Assembly: GCA_951406725.2 (NCBI GenBank)
Contig: OX597814.1
Location: 127,720,001-127,784,000, forward strand
Direction: 5' to 3'
DNA: 64,000 nt
Source: Octopus vulgaris
Taxonomy: Eukaryota
A program made the translations under genes and the position numbers. Positions 1 through 12,530 of this stretch are shown here, in pieces. Within the stretch, counting starts at the first letter, position 1; the number at the start of each line of letters is the position of its first letter. Under the pieces are notes generated by a model. It was not told the DNA's origin and did no database searches. It was given only the letters and a program-made list of their open reading frames with translations.

Positions 1-308
1 ACTGTCTGTTGATAGGAAACTGATGAGGCCTAATTCATGATGAGGAATATTTCATGTAGCTTTTAAGCAAACAAATGTTTCTTATCCCTACTTGCACTGC
101 AACATAGAACTTCTTATAAACACTGTGGTAATTTTGTATCCCCTTATAATTTATGATACTTAAGAAACAAATTCCATACATTTTATTACTATAATAGCTG
201 TTGTTAAGCCCAAGTCATCTGTGACCACCTCATTTATTTATATATCTGAAACGTATGATGGCATGATATAGTCCTAACTGGAACGTTTTTGATCTTATAT
301 CCACTTGA

Positions 309-540
309 AGGCAGTGAGCTGGCAGAAACGTTAGCATGCCGGGTGAAATGCTTAGCAGTATTTCATCTGCCGCTACGTTCTGAGTTCAAATTCTGCCGAG
401 GTCGACTTTGCCTTTCATCCTTTTGGGGTTGATTAAAAAAGTACCAGTTAGGCACTGAGGTCGATATAATCGACTTAATCCGTTTGTCTGTCCTTGTTTG
501 TCCCCTCTGTGTGTAGCCCCTTGTGAGCAGTAAAGAAATA
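309..540 (+). mobile_element. tRNA-derived SINE with Meta-type central domain
   Basis: Head GGCAGTGAGCTGGCAGAA...GAGTTCAAATTC (A/B-box-like). Central GCCTTTCATCCTTTTGGGGTTGAT resembles the MetaSINE/Sauria-type domain. Near-perfect 18-bp TSD GATC(T/A)TA(T/C)ATCCACTTGA at 291-308 and 541-558. Confidence 0.8.
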
Positions 541-1917
541 GATCATACATCCACTTGACCAGCACTGACCTAGGTATCAAGAACTATTTGAAAATTCTAG
601 TGTCTTCAGTAGGAAACTTTATTGTTTCATGACAGAGTATAATCCTTTAATATAATCTTAAAGTTGCAAACTTTCTCTGTCATTATTTCAAATGTTTGTT
701 GTATTTTCTATCATCATTTTGTCCTGTTTAAAGTGGTTTTCTCTGAAGTTGACCAGATATATTTCACTTTTGTTTTGTAATTATTTGTATCGCCTTCATG
801 ATGTATCATTGACTGAATACGAAGACAATTTTATATTTCCTCTCCCAGCCTTTTTCACTGACTTTTACTGTTTTATCTTTCTATTTTTATCAGTCCAACT
901 TCAGTCCAACAACAACACTTGCTTGTATTTCAACTTTACTGTATCTGTTTCAATGTACTTCCATATAAATATGGTCGGGGGGGGTCTCTCTTTTTTTTCC
1001 CTTTTAAAAATATTTTAAAATGTTCAGCATGGTCTTGAAGAAAATCTATTGGCTGTTATTAAAACAATATGTCATTGTTTAGTTGTCAAGTATTAAATTT
1101 GGAAACAGGATTGTCAAGTACAATCTCAGCATTTTAAAGGTCAGTTTGTTGGCCAAATCTAGATAAGCATCAATCACTATGACTGAAATTAATTATAGAT
1201 TTGTTCTTTTTCATGAGGGCATTCGTAAAATAATTCATTATTATTTTTTTAATATTTTTCTTTCAGACTGATCTCTTTTTCATTGTTGTTCTAAACAGTT
1301 TCCTCCTTTGGCAACTATGTCTTTCCCACTCCCAGTAATACTTTCAATTACTTTTGCTGTTTATTCATTTATTTTTTTCAATATCTCATTCAATCTGAGA
1401 ATGTTTAAATGCTATGTATCTTTGATTCTTAAATTTTCATTCTTCAAAAAAATAATTTCCATTAAATATTTTTGTACCTGTTTTCAATCAGATTAGAAAA
1501 AAATCCTACTTGTTCTATTTTCAGATACCTACTCTTGAATACTCGAAAAATTTCTTTTTTGTTCAAAATCAGAAATATATTGATTTGAATTCCCATGTGT
1601 GATGTAGTTATAGTTGCTCATAATGGCTTCTAAGTAATATTCCTGCTAACTGTGCCACATGTCTATTGATATTTGTGCTCAAAAGTAGAATTGGTCATGC
1701 CAAAAATTTTTTGTCTTGATAATAATTACCCCATCATAAAAATGTAAATAGACTTACAATTGCTAAAAAATTGTGCTGTAATGTGTGTGTGAGTGCGTGT
1801 GTACTTGTGTATGTGTGTATATATGTATATATATATATATATATATATAATTATAAATTTTCTTCAGAAAATCATAGAAAGCATGGAAGTGCTTGAGTCA
1901 AACCAGAGACACTAGAT

Positions 1918-2740
1918 AAATTCAGGAGATACAAGGAAAAAGTTCAACTCAGGCAGACTACAATTGGTGTATGCATATACGGATTTAATAAAAAGAATTG
2001 TCTAAAACATATTAATACATTCAAAATGTAGAGTTATAAAAATATATATGAATGTTAAAAATATGCAAAGACAAATAAATATATGCATATATAAATATAA
2101 TGGAGTATAGATAAAAATATAGATGAGGTTAATAAAATATAGAAAGGCATTTCATTTTAAAATTATGGAATGCAGGGAGTAATAGATGTTTAAAAAGAAA
2201 GCTGGTGGGAATTTTTTATTTTTTATTTTTTTAAATTATAACCAAGTGGCAATAAATTGTTGTATTATATAAAACGTTACTATGTTGGTTTGAATTTAAA
2301 TTTACTCTTAAAAGTTAAATAATATCTATGGTTACACAAATGAAAAGTGCGAAGGATTATGTACGATTCTTTTATACACAGTCAGCATCTGCCAGTAATG
2401 GTATTGTATGGTGGGGCCTCTTCTATGATCAACCAAGACAATGTATAATTAATGTTTTGCAATTTTAAATTGTGTATACAGCTTGCTAGCACCATAGAGT
2501 TTCTGTTTTAACTTATTAAAGGAACTTATGTATATTCTATACCATTTTTTGAAGTCTTTGGTACTTCCTATATATACCTTAATTTGTTGTTTTTCATTTA
2601 TCACTGTACATTTATATATTACATTTATGTGTAGACATAGACCCACGAGCAGACATAAATCAGGGTCCCTACAATTGCAACTGTCTGGCTTCCTATTTAT
2701 ACTTTTAGTTTTATTAATGTTATTTGGAGAGCAGCACATC
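1918..2740 (-). mobile_element. Penelope-like element 3' fragment (GIY-YIG endonuclease + 3' region), left inverted copy
   Basis: ORF 2449-2739 reads CNCR..CLL.GLC..NVIYKCTV...VYIGST..FKKWY, the Cys-rich GIY-YIG signature of Penelope-like elements. The segment is the reverse complement of about 3990-5030 with an internal deletion. Confidence 0.85.
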
Positions 2741-2764
2741 TACAATTATCTCTGCCTACATCCC

Positions 2765-3865
2765 ACAAACAGGCCTACCAAACAATCAGAAGGACTATTT
2801 TAATGATACCCTTCTACAGGCTACCTCAAAGGCGTATGGCAATGACTTCATCTTTGCAGCTAGGCATGTTGGGTGGCACTCCAGTATCTTCACTGGTGTA
2901 CATGGCTACTGGAGTTCTATGATGCATGTAACCTTTTAATCTGCAATACTAACTTCAGGAATCCTGACAGCCACCTGATAACCTATCACTCAGGTGACTC
3001 TGCTAGTTAGATTGATTTCATCCTCACCAGACAGTGGGATGCAGGGTTGCTCTTAAATACGAAGACCCTCCCAGGTGAAGAATGTACCCCCCAGCATAGA
3101 CTAGTCATTAGTGACTTTAGACTCGAGGCCAGAAGGATGCCAAGAAGCCGGCCTGTATAGAAAAGAAGGATTTGGAAGCTAAAGAACCCATCACATGGTC
3201 AGAGATTTAGGGACATCTTCATCAAGAGATTTGATGAGAGGGAGGGAGGAGGCACTATAGACCTTGGACATAGAAGGTAGTTGGAAATTCCTATGGAACA
3301 GCTTACTGAGTGCCACAGACCAAGTCTGTGGATGGTGCAAAGTCCCTTCCAGACCTAGAGTAATGTGGTGGTGGAATAATACAGTAGACAAAGCCATTAG
3401 AGTAAAGAAACAGGCCTGCAAAGCCTGGAAGGGTGGGGATAGCAGAGAATTGTACCAGATAGCCAGAAGTGAGGCTGGGGGACAAGTATACAAAGCCATG
3501 GGCGAAGCAGAAAAGAAGTTTGCCAATGTTCAGTGACATGAGGACCAAAGAACTGAAGTATTTCGGATTGCAAGACAGTGTGTGAGAGAAAATTGTGATG
3601 TCACCAGAGAGAAATGTGTCCACATGGATTACGGTGCACTTTTAATGATTCGGAAAAGAAAGAAGCTTGGAGAAGCCATTATGAAAGGTTGCTGAACATG
3701 GAGAATAATTGGGAGGAGGAGAGCCTGCCAAATGTTGATCCAGTAGAGGAACCAGCTATCTGAATAGACAGCACCCTAGTAGATAAAGCAATTAAGGGTA
3801 TGAAGCCAGGAAAAGCCCCCGGCCCATCAGGAATCACTGCTGAGATGCTTAAAACATATAGTAGT
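2765..3865 (+). pseudogene. degenerate RTE LINE fragment (AP-endonuclease C-half and linker)
   Basis: Colinear with 38600-39720 (ATDQVCGWCKVP..WWWN motif, GKAPGPSGITAEMLK); multiple stops. Confidence 0.85.
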
Positions 3866-5028
3866 ATTTAACAAAAATACTATAAAATTATCTTACTCTA
3901 CCACGCCGAACTTGGGTTCAATTATCGCATCTACATACAGAAATAAAATTCAACTCCAAATTAATAAAAACCCAGATCATATGATACCTAACACAACTCC
4001 AAATAACATTAATAAAGCTAGAAGTATAAATAGGAAGCCAAAAAGCTGCAATTGTAGAGACCGTGAGTGTTGTCTGCTCATGGGTCTATGTCTACGCATA
4101 AATGTAATATATAAATGTACAGTGACAAATGAAAAACAACAAACTAGGGTATATATAGGAAGTACCAAAGACTTCAAAAAATGGTATAGAATACACGTAA
4201 ATTCCTTTAATAAGTTAAAAGCATAGAAACTCTACAGTACTAGCAAGCTATATACACAATTTAAAATTGCAAAACATTAATTATACATTGTCTTGGTCGA
4301 TCATAGATGAGGCCCCATCATACAATACCATTACCAGCAGATGTTGACTGTGTATAAAAGAATCGTACATAATCCTTCACACTTTTAATTCTAATGTTTT
4401 AAATAAGTTCTCTGAAGCTATTCATTCATGTAACCATAGATATTATTTAATTTTTAAGAGTAAATTTAAATTCAAACCCGCATAGTAACATTTTATATAG
4501 TACAACAATTTATTGCCACTTGGTTATAATTTTAAAAAATAAAAAATAAAAAACTCCTACCAGCCTTCTTAATAATTTCCATAACACGTATGTTTCTTAT
4601 ATAACACATAAATTAATTAATACTTCCAAAACAAACACATTTCTGGCACGAGCACTACTCTTCTCTTTTCCCTGATGATGGGGGCATTCCTTCAAAGTGA
4701 ATCGTATGATTCACATGTACTCTCGGAATGAACCCTTGAAACAATCGTAGGAATACTTCTTTTCATTTAAGCATGGTACCAAAAACTCTTTTTACACATT
4801 TATTACTCCTGGCATTCCATAATTTTGAACGAAATGCCTTTCTATATTTTATTATCCTCATCTATATTTTTATCTATACTTCATTATATTTATATATGTA
4901 TATATTTATTTGTCCTTGCATATTTTTAACATTCATATATATTTTAGAGAATTTTTTTTATCAAATCCGTATGTGCATACACCAATCGTAGTCTGCCTGA
5001 GTTGAACTTCTTCCTTGTATCTCCTGAA

Positions 5029-5030
<2 letters not shown>
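3866..5030 (+). mobile_element. Penelope-like element 3' fragment (GIY-YIG endonuclease + pseudo-LTR), right copy
   Basis: ORF 3912-4226 with CNCR/NVIY/YIGST motifs, followed by a PYNTITSRC.LCIKE-like tail and a hammerhead motif; ends at a (TA)n tract. Confidence 0.85.
4668..4753 (+). ncRNA. type I hammerhead ribozyme in Penelope pseudo-LTR
   Basis: Stem I TTCC(4668-71)/GGAA(4750-53); core CTGATGA 4672-78; stem II GGGGCATTCC/GGAATGAACCC with inner hairpin GTGAATC-gtat-GATTCAC; GAAAC 4738-42; minimal stem III; GTA cleavage triplet 4747-49. Confidence 0.75.
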
Positions 5031-5069
<39 letters not shown>

Positions 5070-5200
5070 CTATATGTACAAGTAGATGTGTGACGTGATT
5101 AGAGCTCCACATAGATTTTCATAATCCAATCTACTTTCTGTATAGTTGTTAATCAATTTCTATACTGAGTAGTGTTACCAGTTAGAGCTGCTAAGCAAAT

Positions 5201-5530
5201 GTAGGAGAAATAAGGATAAACACAAGTTTATATTATAGTTCCTGCATGTGTTTCAACATTATGGTTGTTTGGAGCCCTGCAATAAATGTTCCAAATGCTT
5301 TTAAATACTCAGCCACAATGGATCATTAGGAAACAGTATATTTATTGTAATAAGTTACAGATAATTATGACCCTAGTCATCTGTACAATGGATCCTCAAG
5401 GTGTTCTTTGAGGAGCCATTGTAGTTGAGCATCTAAAGAAATAGGAACATCTATTGCAGAGCTCCAAACAACCATAATAGTGAAACATGCATAGGAATTT
5501 TAATATAAACTTGTGTTTATTCTTTCCTAC
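5201..5530. repeat. fold-back / MITE-like inverted repeat (~125-bp arms)
   Basis: ATAAACACAAGTTTATATTA...TTATGGTTGTTTGGAGC (5217-5276) is mirrored by GCTCCAAACAACCATAA...TAATATAAACTTGTGTTTAT (5461-5520). Confidence 0.7.
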
Positions 5531-6506
5531 AGAGTAATAATATTGAAACAGGAGATTGGAAAATTTTTTGTATTATTTTCCAATCTCCTGTTTTGATATT
5601 ATTACTTGGCAGAAAGTATTTTCCACTTTTTTTTTTTTTTTTAAACTCTTATGCTTATCTCACACAAATATAACAACTACATACAGTTTGGGAGTACTGA
5701 ATTAAGCAGAAGTGCTTTAAGAGGACACAACTTGGATTTTAACCCTATCTACATTTTATTTTTCCTATACACACACAAATACATATATGCACATACACTA
5801 GTGTGTATGGGCATGTGTTTTGGTTTAGATAATATATATTAAACAAAATTTGGACCTTGTTATTTTCAGGTGCCATGCGAGTTGAGTGGAACCTTTTTGA
5901 TTGTTATAATAGAGAAAGCCATAATTTAGACAAAAACACTCTAGTGTTTGCTATATAAACGCATTACATATCTTTTTTAATTTTCAATTCTATTTGATTT
6001 TATTATTAAAGCTCAATATTTGGTTTTTGTAAAAAGTTAATCTTTTTTCCTGTATTATATTCTGTTTAGAGTTTGTCAATTCCTCTCTAAAATTGTTTCA
6101 CTTCATCTGGCCTTCTTGTCTTTCTTATATTCTCAATTAAACCATTTCTGTTTTCTGTTACAGTGGGCTTTTATAATTGGCATTATATTTTATTTTTGGA
6201 GAATGCCACCCCTACTGTTTGTTATTTTGATTAAAACAGCTTTTAATTTGATGTACATTAAAAAAACTATCCTCTTTACAAAGGTCCCTTATCTTGGACA
6301 CTGCAGACATTAACCCGTTTCTGCTGGTAATTGTCCAGATCAGTTGTTCTTTCTCAATCTTTATGGTTGACCACTGTGAGATTTGTTCTTATATTTTCTA
6401 TATCTTCTGGCAAGAATATTTCTCTCTTTTCATGATAGATTATATTTTGAGTTTGTGTGTGTGTATTCTTTTTTTCCTTTTACATATTTCAGTTACAGTC
6501 ATTGGC

Positions 6507-6545
<39 letters not shown>

Positions 6546-6727
6546 TATATATATATATAATATATCATCATCATCATCATATGTCCATTATCCAACATAT
6601 ATATATATAATATATATTTATTTATATATATATGTGTGTGTGCATGCGTACACACATACTTCAATTTTTAACTCTTTCAATGCCAAGACATTTTTTTTAT
6701 GATTTCTCTGTCCTTTTTCTTCTGCAG

Positions 6728-6785
6728 TACAGCCCATATCACACAGTTACTTCTGCCACAAATCTCTTGAAGGGCGGGGCACCCA
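6728..6785 (+). CDS. WDR59: WDR59 internal coding exon (YSPYHTVTSATNLLKGGAP)
   Basis: Pyrimidine-rich CTGCAG acceptor and CCA|GTAAGT donor; 58 nt, phase 0 to 1, compatible with the downstream exons. The SPYHT motif is recalled from invertebrate WDR59 linkers, not verified. Confidence 0.6.
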
Positions 6786-8620
6786 GTAAGTGCCATAAAG
6801 TAATAGTAATAGTAATATTAGTGATGGCATTACTACTACTTTGAAATAAAACAAAAGTATCACTATATTAAAGTAGCTGTGAACACAGTTGTTGTAGTAG
6901 AAGTAGTAGTAATTATAATAATATTGCTACTACTTTATGTCTTGCATGCAACAAAAAAAATGTGTGTGTATCTCTCTTGTTGTTTTAGATGCTATGCTTT
7001 TTAATAAGTTTCTTACTTACCAAGCTTAAATTTTCCTACCTTACTTCAGATATAACACTTTTGTATGCCAGTCCCAATGTGTTTGATTTCACCTCTCGTT
7101 TTTTTCACATTTATATGTACAGTAGTTTTGTTTAACTTTGTCAGCATGCTTAGTAAAATCTATTTGTAATTATGTAGTTCCTCATGTAAAACTCCTTTAA
7201 CCAAACATTTACTCTTGTATTGTTTCCTTCTATGTCATTCCACAGAAAAGACATGGTTATCATTAGAGCTTGTGGTTGTTTTGTTCTAGACATCTAATCT
7301 CCTGACTTAGAGTTAGACTACATTTGGTCTGGAATAATTAAGTTGATATAAATTTGTTAGATGGTAGTTTGTGGATGAAATATCTAAACAAAACCAACAT
7401 GTGAATTACAAAAATCTAAGATTTCTGACATGAGTTCAACATACATTTTGTCCCTGTAAATCGAATTATGAGAATTGATGCGGATAATTTTACTAAATAA
7501 TATGAAATTTATTATTAAACTGTATCAAGTCTAAATGATTATTCTGTGTTCAATTCTAGTTTAATATACTGTTTCACTCCATTCCCTCAGTTTACAGTTT
7601 CTTTGAGGGAGTTTGGTTAAACAAGTTTATCTGACTAAACCAAAGTAAATTTAGTATTTTTTTTGATTGCTTATTAGGTCCTTCTCACTAATTGATCTAT
7701 GTGATGACAACCTCTTACCTTCTTCACCATCACCACCATTTTGATTATATGATTTGAAATTGCTTTAGTTCACAGTTCAAAAGTATATTAAAGTAGATTA
7801 TGGTTAGTGACATCAAATTAATGTGATCAGTGATGCTAAATTAATGCAGCCATTGACAGATCAGTGCAGTCATTAACTTCAGCTTAATGAGGCGGAGGAT
7901 ATCAGATCAATGTGTCTATAATATAAAATCAATATGGTCAGTGACACTAAATCAATGTCTTGTTCTAACATATAAATGACATATAATTGATAATGATGAA
8001 CATGAAAATACTTTCACTAGTAGAACTCTCAAAAGCTTACTGATTTAATTTAAATGATACTTGATTTTATTAGAATTTAAAAATATATATTGAATTAGTA
8101 GTTATGTTCTGTATTTGACCTAACTATAACACTGTAGTTTTAACATATCTTAATATGAATCTAATATATTTTGCTCTAACCATAGTTATTTTAATAGGCA
8201 ATAATACCATTTACACTACCAATCTAACTTTACTGGTTTAACTGTTCTTATGTTATTTTGCCAAAATGTTGATATTAATATAAATGTGATTTTATTATGC
8301 TATGATGTCGTTTTATCATCAGTCATCTTCATCAATATTTTGACATCCATGCTGTTTGACCAAGATAATTGTGGCATACAGTTTATCAATCTTTATCTTT
8401 TCTGTAAGTTCAAACATTCTGAGATCTAATCTCACCATTTCTTCCTATGTCACTGTGTCTCATTTTAAGTCCTTCAACTGAAATGGCAATATGCCTAGAT
8501 GTATTAATACCATCTGACTGTTACATACAGCCTGGTTGAGTATTTCATCACTTATTTATTTACAGTATAAATAATCTGCACAATATATATAGTGACATTG
8601 AACTAGTGCATTGTGTAGAT

Positions 8621-8955
8621 CAGTGTTTCTCAACCTTTTTACCCTTGTGTAAGCCTTAAAATAAATTACACGGCCTTTTTATGTTTTATTATCCTAAATT
8701 TTTAATTTACCAAAGTTTTATAACTTTAAGCATAAATTTACTGTGTTTTGTATGTAACACTGATTCTTATATATTTATATATATTATATGATTTTTATCT
8801 ATTTATATATGCCGAATTTTATATCCGTTCTGTAGATATAAATGAATATATATCTTATTTTTCCTATACACACACACACACACATCTTTGTGTGTGGATC
8901 TTAGTGATGTTCCTTTAGTTCCAGCTCGCATTGCCGCCGCTCAAATTAAGAAGTG

Positions 8956-8998
<43 letters not shown>

Positions 8999-9293
8999 GT
9001 TGTTACATTTTTTTGATAAAAGGTTAGATAGGATATCTATATTACAATAACCAGAGAAATTGTCATATAGACATTAATTTATTTGAGCAAATTCAGTTCT
9101 CTATAATATCAAATTCCTTACACCTACAATTCTTTCCATGCCCAATTAATTCAATTTAAGGAATATGTTGTGCATGCATAGTAATATTATGGTCGTGAAA
9201 TTAGCATTAGCTTATCTCACTCTTTCTCGCGGAACCCCTAGGAAACTTTTGTGGAACCCTAGGGTTCCAGAGAACCTTGGTTGAGAAATGCTG
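8621..9293. mobile_element. non-autonomous hAT (Charlie-like) MITE
   Basis: TIRs CAGTGTTTCTCAACC / GGTTGAGAAATGCTG; perfect 8-bp TSD GTGTAGAT at 8613-8620 and 9294-9301. Confidence 0.9.
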
Positions 9294-11461
9294 GTGTAGA
9301 TATTAATATGTATGTATGTATGTGCTTATGATCTAATATGCTGCTGATACTTACATCCTTATGTACTAAGATGGTGAAGAAACAAAATCAGTGTTGATAA
9401 GGCTTCTCTTCTCTATCATTGTTGCTTCTGCTTTTCACTGTATAACATTGCACTGAATATTTAAAAACATTCTTTACTCAGAAAGTTTTGCTTGTATGTA
9501 TCTCTACTGCTGCAAACACTACTCGAACTTAATCCTAACTTCATAGATGTTTAATATAGCATTCATAATTTTGTTGAGCTATATCATGTCAAGCTAGCCC
9601 AGGCATGCTTCAAAATCACCTTCTATATATCTCTTGCTATAATTAGTCAGTGAAGGTTGATGAGTTCTTCCCTCTATGAACAATATATTGCTATCTCTAT
9701 AGCCTCAACAATACTTACTCATATCATCTCTAGTCTAATCAAAACTCTCTGCAAAGTGACCAGTACTTTAATGCATGTGCCCATTTTTGTTCCCCTTCAT
9801 TATTTATAGCCACACATAAGTTAGCTCCTATTTATACACACTTGTGAATAAGCTTCTGCTATTAACAAATCACTATGGAGCCATCCTAACCTTAAAGGAT
9901 CTTCTTTGTACAAAAGAAAGCTGTCTTAGTCTTAAATAATAATGATACATAAATACATATTAATCTCCTTGAATGACCAGTCATTTATCTGGGAAGGCCT
10001 TGAAATCAATGTTACCATCAGAGGACTATCTCTTACCCATTGATAATAAAAAGACTGAAAGGAGGTCTACAACCAAATAACTTTACTCAAAATAACACTT
10101 TGCAACTGAATCAGTGGATGCAAAGATACCTCTCCTTTACTTGACAATTTATGCACCACATTGCAGAAATCACAATCTAAGTATATCTCATAACAAACTC
10201 ACACAGCCATGTCTGCAACTCTATATAATTTTCTGTTTTGTTCCTAATTTATTTGAACCACAAAATTACAGCAAATGTCGATAATAAGATATTGTTTTGT
10301 GGGGTCCATGACAAAAAATCAAAAGTAAAGAAAAGACACATTAGACAGTGTAGTCTTAGACACTTCTGAAAAAAAAAAGGATGATCATAGCTTTAAATAT
10401 AGATTTACTAAATCCAGAGAGTGACCAGAGCCTAAACAATAAATTATTTTCTTATAATGTCCCTCACCTGTAGAACAATGTCTGTTAGTCTGTTTATACA
10501 TTACAGAAGATGTTATATCCTTAATTAAGACTCACTTATTCTACATTGCCTACAATCACTATATTCTATTTCATATATGACAATTGTATAATATATTGAA
10601 ATAACTGTATGAAACCAAATATGTCTGATGTATTTTCCTTGAAAGAGTAATTCTGATATAGAACTTGCTCCCTTCACAGCCCTCTCCTCAGTTTTAAAAT
10701 AGTTCCAGTACTTCCAGTCTCTATATTGTGATGACCTGTACAGAACCATTCTTTCAATATCCTTCAATAACTGAGGTATATAACTTCATACAATTTTTAC
10801 CATGAGCAGTTCTAACAGTTAAATGTAAGTTGATTGGGGAATAGTGAAGTAAGTGCTAAGGTTCTTAATGTAGTAAAGCAAGAATTTTAATTAATTAAAA
10901 TTACAATTGTAATAAGGATATATAAAAGAAAAAACAATCATTGGCTTAACAATAAATTCTGGTCAAGAAATAAATTCATTAAAAACACAATGCATTTGTG
11001 TTGTGGAGAGTTAAGTCTGACTTATTTACTGTGTAGTGACAACTCCAAAGCATGTTTCAATCTTATTAGAGCCTTCTCAGTAAACCATTGTCTGAGCAGT
11101 AGTTTAACTTAGTTTGATATATCTGTCTAAAACAAACAAATACCTTACAAAAGGTTTTTTCCTAAACAAAGTTTTAACCACTTATAAAGTCTTCTTAATT
11201 AAAGCAGTATTTAACTCTTTGAAAATCTACTGCTGTGTGGCTGAGTATATCATTCTAATGTCCCCACCACCCATCTATAGAATAAGTTCAATTGCTTATT
11301 CATTTAAAATCTAAAATGTTATATATTCCCCATCCCTCCCTTTATGTTTTTAGAATTAGCAAGTTTGGAACAAGATATTTATATGTTGTTCTTTATTTCA
11401 ATTACTTAATAGTTTTCAGGGATTGCTTTTTTTCACTGGTAAAGTTTGAGGTTTTTATAGT

Positions 11462-12002
11462 TTAACCCATTTGTTACTATATTTCCGTTGGAATACATCA
11501 TCATCATCGTTTAGCATCCATTTTCCATGCTAGCATGGGTTGGACGGTTCGACCGGGGTCTGGGAAGCCAGGAGGCTGCACCAGGCTCCAGTCTGATCTG
11601 GCAGTGTTTCTACAGCTGGATGCCCTTCCTAACACCAACCACTCCATGAGTGTAGTGGGTACTTTTTACATGCCACCGGCACAGGTGCCAGGTGAGGCTG
11701 GCAATGACCACGATTGGTTGGTGCTTTTTATGTGCCACCAGCATGGAAGCCAGTCAAGGCGGTTCTGGCATCGGCCACATTCGGATGGTGCATTTTACGT
11801 GCCACCGGCACAGGTATCACAACTGCAATTTCCATTTGATTTTTTTAGTTAAAATAAATTCTGCTTTTTCTTAATCTGGTGTTTGGACTATAAAGTAACA
11901 TGAAATGTTGAAAGAATATTTTAATTTAGATTTCTTTAAAGATGAATTTTTTCTTTATCAAAGGACTGGCAATCCCAGCTGGGTTGGTATCAAATGAGTT
12001 AT
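11462..12002. mobile_element. degenerate piggyBac-type MITE interrupted by an RTE 3'-tail copy
   Basis: Left end TTAACCCATTTGTTAC and right end GTATCAAATGAGTTATA form an imperfect TIR; the interior resembles the antisense of 46872-47091. Confidence 0.45.
11497..11840 (-). mobile_element. 5'-truncated RTE 3'-UTR copy with hairpin repeat units
   Basis: (CAT)n tail, CCATGCTAGCATGG palindrome and GTGCCACCGGCAC units; reverse complement of about 41410-41990. Confidence 0.85.
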
Positions 12003-12444
12003 AGAAACGTAGACAGTTTAAAACATTTGTTAAAATAAAAAACTATTTCTTGTTTATTGTGAAAATTATTTTGAGATATAACTTTTAAAATGATGGAGAT
12101 TGTTGCATGTACATACCTCCAGCTGAAGTATGACCAGTTGCATGTACATAACTGTAATGTAGCTAGAGAAGGTGCAACCTGCATGTACATATCACCAGCT
12201 GTAGGGCAACCAGTTGAATGTTTATGACACCAGAAAACTGTTGCATATGTATAGCACTACCGCTAGTGCAGCTGCTTTCAGGTACTTAGCACCAACTGTA
12301 GTGCTGACTGTTGCATGTACATAACAAACATCAGCTCTTGTGCAACCAGTTGCATGTACCCAATATTTGTTCATTCACTTCTTTTTATCTACTTCTTTCT
12401 TTTCTCTCCACTTCACATGTTCTCCATTGTATGTTTGTCTCCCC

Positions 12445-12511
<67 letters not shown>

Positions 12512-12530
12512 CATATATATATGTATGTAT

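Noticed and set aside
15-60. CTGATGAG hammerhead-like core at the window start
   Set aside because: No downstream GAAA closing a stem II and no stem I partner is visible.
7800-7960. Faint ~22-bp recurrence (TCAGTGACACTAAATTAATG-like)
   Set aside because: Too few and too degenerate to separate from a decayed minisatellite.
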